In this document: positions 57,455-64,000 of the stretch, piece by piece | Numbering within the stretch: position 1 is the first letter of the stretch | Layout: each line of letters opens with the position of its first letter | From: the human T2T-CHM13v2.0 reference genome, Homo sapiens | Assembly: GCF_009914755.1 (NCBI RefSeq) | Contig: NC_060927.1 | DNA length: 64,000 bases | Reading direction: 5' to 3' (one strand) | The notes under the pieces: generated by a model | What the model was told of the DNA's origin: nothing | The model's database searches: none | Seen by the model: only the letters and a program-made list of their open reading frames with translations | Made by a program: the position numbers and the translations under genes

Positions 57455-58580
57455 GAAGTGCTGAAACAATTGGATATCCATAAGCAGGAAAAACAAGATT
57501 ACCTCACACCATATACAAATATTAACTCCAAATGGATCATAGACCTAAAAGGAAAAACAAAAACTATAAAATTTCTAGGAAAATGTTTTGACCTTAGGGC
57601 AAAGATTTCTTAGATATGACTCCAAAAGCACAATCCATAGGTGAAACATTGGTAAATTGGATTCGAGAAAAATATTTGTATATCATTTATCTGAAAAGGG
57701 ATATATATATATATATAACCCTTAAATGCATTAGTAAAAAGTCAAACAACTCAATTTAAAAATGAGCAAAAATATGCATGGGGATTTCAGCAAAGAAGAT
57801 ACACAAATGATTTTTATACACATGAAAATATGCCCAACATCATTAGTCAGTAAGGAAATGCAAATTAAAAACACAATGATATACTACTTTACACTCACTA
57901 GAATGGATATAATTTTAAATTCAAAAATGGAAGTCTTATACAATACTGCTGGGAATGTAAAATTGTACAGCTGCTTTGGAAAACAGTTTGGCAGTTTCTT
58001 AAGTTAATTATAAGTTTACCATATGACCCAGCAATTCCACTCCTCAGATTTTTACTCAAGAGAATGAAAACATATGTCCATAAAGTGACTTGCATGCAGA
58101 TATTCACAGCAGCATTATTCATAATAGCCAAAAGGTGGAAACCATCCAAATGTTTATCAACTGGTGAATGGATAAACAAAATGTGGTATATCCATACAAT
58201 GGAATATTGTTCATCAGTAAAAAGGAATGAAATACTGACACACATTACACTATGGATGAATGCCAAAACATTGTGCTAAGTTATTGAAGCCAGATTTTTG
58301 AAAATGTTGAATGAGTCCTAGAAATGTCCAGAAATGACAAATCCACAGAAACAGAAAGTAGATAAGTGGTTGCCTAGAATTAGGGGGTAGGAGCAGTTAT
58401 GGGGCCTGAGGGACATTTACGGGGTGGTAGACATGCTCTAAAATTTAATTGTGGTGAGAACTCTACAAATTTACCAAGAATCATTGAACTCATAAATTTA
58501 CTCAAATTCATTGAATAATTTACAATGAATTTTATGATATGTTAATTATACCTCCATAAAACTGCTTAAGATAAAAAAGA
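57455..58580 (+). mobile_element. L1MB 3' portion
   Basis: ORF2-end remnants (YTNINSKWIIDL; FTAALFIIAKRWKPSKC) followed by 3'UTR cagaaagtagataagtggttgcctag. Confidence 0.85.
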
Positions 58581-59379
58581 AAGAAAGAGAAGTAGATTCC
58601 AGAATGTATTTTGCCAAAGGAACCATGGACAGGGAGAGAAGGGGAGAGTGGGCTTTGGACCCCGTGGGACAAGTCTCAGCCTCCAGGGAAGGCTGCAGGC
58701 CACTGGTGTGAGGACCTGCCATTCCCTTCTGCAGGAGTGGCAGTCTTGGGCAGCATCAGCTTACAATATCCTGCTCCCAGGTTTGTTCTCTCTTTCTCAC
58801 CCACATATCTGGGACCATTCCTGCTCTCTGAACCCCTCAGCCACCATGCCTTTGACTTGCAGTCACAGACTTGCCCCTCTCCCTGCTCTGATGTCAGCTG
58901 TCCCTCTCACCCACTCTGTTTTTCTGAAGCCTAGGTCCTCTGATGAGCATGCCCTGCTTTCTAGTGTACATCACTGGGCCATGGATGGCTGGGCTTAGAG
59001 TTGTTGGGAGATGGTCTCAAACCTAGGTAGGAGGAAGACGTGGTAGAAGCAGCTTACTGAACAGAGAAGGGTGGGGTAGCAGGAGCTGAAGGAACAACAT
59101 GTGGGACATGGGTGGAGGGGAAACATAAAGACCCTGAGATGCATACATGGCACATCCTGGTGCTACAGGAGGGACTAGAGCCGACCCATGAAGGCCCATT
59201 CCAGGGCCACAACCCAATGACTGGAAGTAGGAAGCTCAGGAGCTGCAGAGGCATTTGTGGTTGACTTTGCTGGATTTTGAGAATCAAGACACACTTTGCT
59301 CCCCTCACATCTCCCATACCAGAAGGTTGATCTTTGCCATTGGTTTAGTTATTTACTTCCATGTATAAACAGCCCTAAT

Positions 59380-59540
59380 TTTGGAGCCCTTATTATGTGG
59401 AAGACTCTATAGAAAGCATGTGATAGCATTGATTTGTTTAATCTTCACAAAATCTTTTGAAGTAGGTGCTATTATTACCACTCCATTTTGCAGATGATGG
59501 AACTGCAGCCCAGAGAGTAAAGTCAGTTATTCAAAGTTTG
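59380..59540 (-). mobile_element. MIR
   Basis: tttaatcttcacaa...gtaggtgctattatt...ccattttgcagatga. Confidence 0.75.
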
Positions 59541-62139
59541 AGATTCAATCACAGTTATCTCAGTTCCTGCATTCCCCCAGGTTCCTGCTCAAGGGTAGAT
59601 TTGATGGGGTAAGAGGCCAGGCTCTTAAAGGCCCAGTGTGAGAAGACTTCAGGCCTTCAGACAAGTGTATCCACTGTGCCTGGCAGGGGGAGGAGTATGG
59701 AAAGGAGTAAGAGAAGAAGCTGATATCTCCTCCCTCAGAAGAGAGGGATGGGTCTTCCCAAGGAGGTGTTCTGAGACCCCAAGGGGCCTGAGGCTGCATG
59801 TCTGCTGGAGGGAGAGGAACCATGCTGGGCAGGGCACCCCAAGCCCAAACCCCAGCCCCAGATGCCAAGAAAGACCAGCTGCATACCCAGATCCTACATT
59901 AGTAATGTGCAGACAGGTAGAAGCCTGGGCCAGCAGGTCTGTCCACCCTCTTGCGCCCTCTGCCCTGAACACTGCAAAACTACCACCTTCTCTGGCCACA
60001 GCGAAATGGGTGGGATCTTTTGAAAGAATGATCTGTAAGACCTATGTGCTGATGGACAAATGGACAGAGAAAGGCATTGCCAGCACAATCTGTGAAAGAG
60101 AGAGGAAGAGGGAGTATGGGAGCTGGCACATGCTGTGCCCAGAGAAACCTAGTCATGCATCTTTCTTAGGGATCATAGCAAAGAGCGGCCTGGGCCTAAA
60201 AAATTCCAGTGACAAAGGAATCTCAAAATTCCAAAGAAATTTTAACATCTCTCATATGCCTTGATATTCAACCTGCACTTTTTGTGCACGTACTATGTGC
60301 CTAGCTTCCTGGACAGAGAACTTTGCGTAGAACTTGGCAGGCTCATGCCCTTTGCTGAGTCCTCTTTCCTTTTCTCTGGTTTCTATAACTGTAGTAACCT
60401 CATTGGGAGGTCATTGGGATAAGAGTTCTTGTGAGCAGACAGCACAATGCTCCAATATCCAGCACCCAGCATTACAGTGTTAAGCCCAAATAGTTCTGGG
60501 TTAGGAGTGTATCAGAAATCATGGACATACGTAAAAACAAGCAAAAAAAAAACAAAACAAACAAACAAGCAAAAACCCCCAAAAACCAAAGAAACACTAA
60601 ACAGTTACCCATGATCGCATCTTCTCAGAGGATTAATGCCTCTCTTGGGCTTAGACAGTAATAACCCAGAAGGCTAGAATGAGTTGATCATGGGGCGTTG
60701 AGTCTACAGAGTGATGGTGACATATTTCTGGGCCTATGCCTACATCCAAATGGATAACCATGCCTGCATTCAGTGGGTGCCATATGAGGAGACTTCTGCC
60801 TTCATTCAAACAAAATATATGCCCGTTTATCCAATTGAGGCCCATACCCTTCCTCAAAAAGGGGCTCATGCCTCAATTTAAATGGAGCCCATGCCTCCAT
60901 CCAACTGGTTCATGTAGAGACTTCTGCCTGCTGTTGCTGCCACAGATCCCCTGACCCCATCAGTGCAAACACTCTGAAAGGCTCTGCTCTAAAACCTGGT
61001 TTGGGAGTAGGCCTCCATAAGCACGTCACCTCCTTGAGCCCAACCATCATCACATAGTGGAGTCCTGCCGTCCTGAGCTCCCTCGTGGCAGCTCTCCTTC
61101 TCTTTCTCTTCAGCTTGATTGTTATTCCAAAGGCCTCGTTATGGAAATTACAAAATAATGGTTCTGCAATTTGTGAGTGTGTGGTTGTATGTATGCTAAT
61201 TATCATTCCTGGGTACCCTGTCTCAGAGGCACTGCAGAGGAATCCAGAGACGTGGCTCTCTCTTCACTGTAGCTTTGCTGTTCTCCCCTTCCCTGCCTCC
61301 CTTCACCCCAGCTATCTCCATTCTCTAATGCATGGGGGCAACTGGAGTGTTGAGTAGACATGGCCATCCCAAGTCCATTTTCTGTGTCCAGCGGGGTACC
61401 TGGAACTTAGGAGTGCCCCTGGCTGGACGAAGAGGTGTGACAGTGCATCTCTGTAGCAAGTGCACTGTTTTAACAGAGATCCTGTTTGTTTGAGGTGGCT
61501 TTAGTCAATAATGAGGGATGGGCTAATGTTCCACACTTCTTGGGATTGTCACTGTAGCAACGCTGCCTCCCTGGCCTGTGCACTTCTCCCTAGCTGTTAC
61601 TTGTAAGATTGGGAAAGGGAGAAAGGGGAGAGAGGAATCTCCTGGGGAAGCGAGGTATTCCTGCAAAGCCTGGTCCAGGTGTGATGCACTCTGCAGGGCA
61701 AAATCATGGGCTCAGAATGAGGCTTCACAGAGGAGGTAGAGTGTGCCCAAGGGCAAGATTTCAGAAGGGAAAAAGTAGGGCCAGAGAGAAGGGGGAGGGG
61801 TGCAGGAGGAGAAATTCTGCCCCAAACCAAAACTCTTATGGTTAAGGACAAGGTTAATCAGATTCTTTTGAAAGGGAATTGTTTCTGGGGTAAGTGAAAC
61901 CTTCTTAATGATAAAGGGTGAATTGCTCCAGTCAGATTACCCCTGGGGACACTTGGGGGTGGGGCAAAGGTAGCATCGTCAGAGGTCCAAGATTGAATAG
62001 TCTGAGGAGAGAGTGGTCCTGGAGGAGAGGGGGGACAGCAGGTGTGAGAGGGGTTCAGAGACTGGGGTGGTGGCAGTGGGACAATTTGACATCTTTAGGA
62101 TTTGAGTGCTGTTGAGAATGGGTGGAAGTCATGGCAGGA

Positions 62140-62345
62140 AGCTTCAAAACACACCTTCCCTGTACTTTGATCAGGCTTGGGTGAGCTACTTAACCTCTCT
62201 GTAGCTTGGGTCCTGCATCTGTGAAATGGTATAATAATAGCACCTACCTCATAGTCTAGTGGGAGAATCCAACATGACAATATGGCTAAGCCCTTAGCGC
62301 AGTGCCCACCCAGAGCAAGTCCTTGCCCATGATGATTATTCACTG
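62140..62345 (+). mobile_element. MIR
   Basis: ctacttaacctctctgt...catctgtgaaatggtataataatagcacctacctcatag. Confidence 0.78.
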
Positions 62346-63839
62346 TTATTATTGTGCACTGCTATTGTGTTGTTTTGAGAGTTGAGTGATATAATTCCTG
62401 TACAGCCTCTAGCACAGTGCTTGGAACTTAACCACTGAATATTCACCACTGCCTGTTGCTTTTACATTCAGCCTCTTCCAGTTCAGACAGGCATCCTCTA
62501 TTGCAAATCTCCATCCTATCTCCATCTAGAGACACGAGGAGAATCAGGTGAAGGAGGGGAGGGGAGGTGGAAGAAGGAGGAGGTTAGCTCAGGGTTCTAC
62601 CTTACCTTCTCCTCTATCATCACCAGAGCATGTGGAGTCTTTGAGGAATTTCATAGTCTTGGTACCTTTGAATATGTTCCTCACAAGTTCTCAGAATGTG
62701 TGGCTTAAGTCTTTGGGGATAATTATTTTAAGCTACTTTAGAAAAAAAACCTGTGTATTAACCATATGTATGGAGGGTGGAGGGTGTTTATGTAAAAATA
62801 TTCCAGGGTTTTCGAGTAGAATCAGATTTGCTAAAGGGGCTTACAAAACTCTCACGAGGATGGAGAGACAAAGGTTAGCATAGGCCACTGAGGACTTTTA
62901 GGTTGGCCACTAATTATTAGGGAGCCAGTAGCCAGAAGACCCTGGCAGGGATGGTCACTGCTTCTAGTGCTGAGGCAAGTAGTACATAGAAAAAACCTGG
63001 AGGTTACTGCAAAATGTCATGTCTGCCAAAACCCATGGGCTGCTCGCCACTGCTGCCCAAGGAGCTTCTGCTCTCTTCACCTCCTGTGTCTGGTAGGAGT
63101 GCTTCTTATTGGTGGACTGTAACCCAGACCCCTAGAGGCTGGTGTTCTGGGAAATATGGCTTACATGTTTCCAGCCCCTCTGAGCCTGAGAGGAGTATAA
63201 TGGGGCTGATTTGCCAGCGGACAATCCACTCATGTGGATGTGACCCCTTCAATACCTAAATGGCAATGATCATGGATGCAGAGTCAGGGCCAACATCAGG
63301 AGAGCAAGAGGGCACAGAATGCTCACCAATTTGCTGTGGGCAGAAAACACAGAGCTGCATAGCTTCTGCAGGGAAAGAGGAGAAGAAGAGGAGGAGGGCT
63401 GTGTATGCTTCCCTGTGAGGCAGATGGAACGGCAGCAGGAGTGGGGAGATCCAAGCAGAAGGCCCAGGCTGGGAGGCATGAAATGCAGGCTCTTCCCAGC
63501 ATGAGTGATTGGCAGGGTAGGCAGGACTCAGAGGCTTACAGGAAATGTGGCTTGTCCCCAGAGGACCCTAAAACTGGGTCAGGACTGATAGAAGAGACTG
63601 GGGAAGCCATGTTCCGTGGGAGAACTGCAGGGGCACCACGGACAGACATGAGAGACAAAGAACCATTGCAGATATACAGTCTTATAATTAACTCAGTTCA
63701 ACAAGTACTTGAAATAGCCACATGGGCTGGGCAGGACCTTGGACACAGAAGTGTGCAAAGATAAACTGGTTACAGGCTGTGCTCTCAGAAGAGTTTCTTG
63801 AGAGACCAAATGATGATGACGATGATAACGATGATGAAG

Positions 63840-63995
63840 AACTAACTCTTCTGAGTACTTGCCATGCAAATCACTGTACATGCATTATCACATTCCTAAT
63901 TTACAGATGAGGATCCTGAGACTTAGAGGTTAGTGACTTGCCTGTGGTCACCACATAAGTCTTGAGAGGATCTATACCTGGGCTTCCAGACTCCA
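63840..63995 (-). mobile_element. MIR
   Basis: tttacagatgaggatcctgagacttagaggttagtgacttgcct. Confidence 0.72.
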
Positions 63996-64000
63996 CATCC

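Noticed and set aside
59638-60264. 208-aa ORF
   Set aside because: Non-ATG start and no recognisable protein family; compatible with chance.

Overview
Hominoid (human/ape-like) non-coding DNA dominated by interspersed repeats; no host protein-coding exon could be recognised. Main contents: (i) a full-length young L1 (L1PA2/L1PA3-type, minus strand, ~6.6-12.7 kb) with an uninterrupted 1278-aa ORF2, a stop-free ORF1 whose start codon is ATA, a mutated YY1 site, and a 19-20 nt direct repeat at both ends that appears to lie inside the true poly(A)/TSD; (ii) a solo LTR12C (ERV9) nested in an MLT1 LTR; (iii) a decayed full-length L1PB carrying what looks like an ancient ~520-bp 3' transduction, itself interrupted by an L1PA5-like fragment; (iv) many Alu, MIR, L2, MaLR and hAT-Charlie fossils. 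Structures not explained by plain repeat annotation are a 106-bp-arm near-perfect fold-back at an AluY 5' end (50382-50603), smaller template-switch-type hairpins, a tiny retroposed LTR 3' end with its own TSD, and an old ~340-bp direct duplication. Subfamily names come from recalled consensus motifs, not from a database search, and boundaries of old repeats are approximate.
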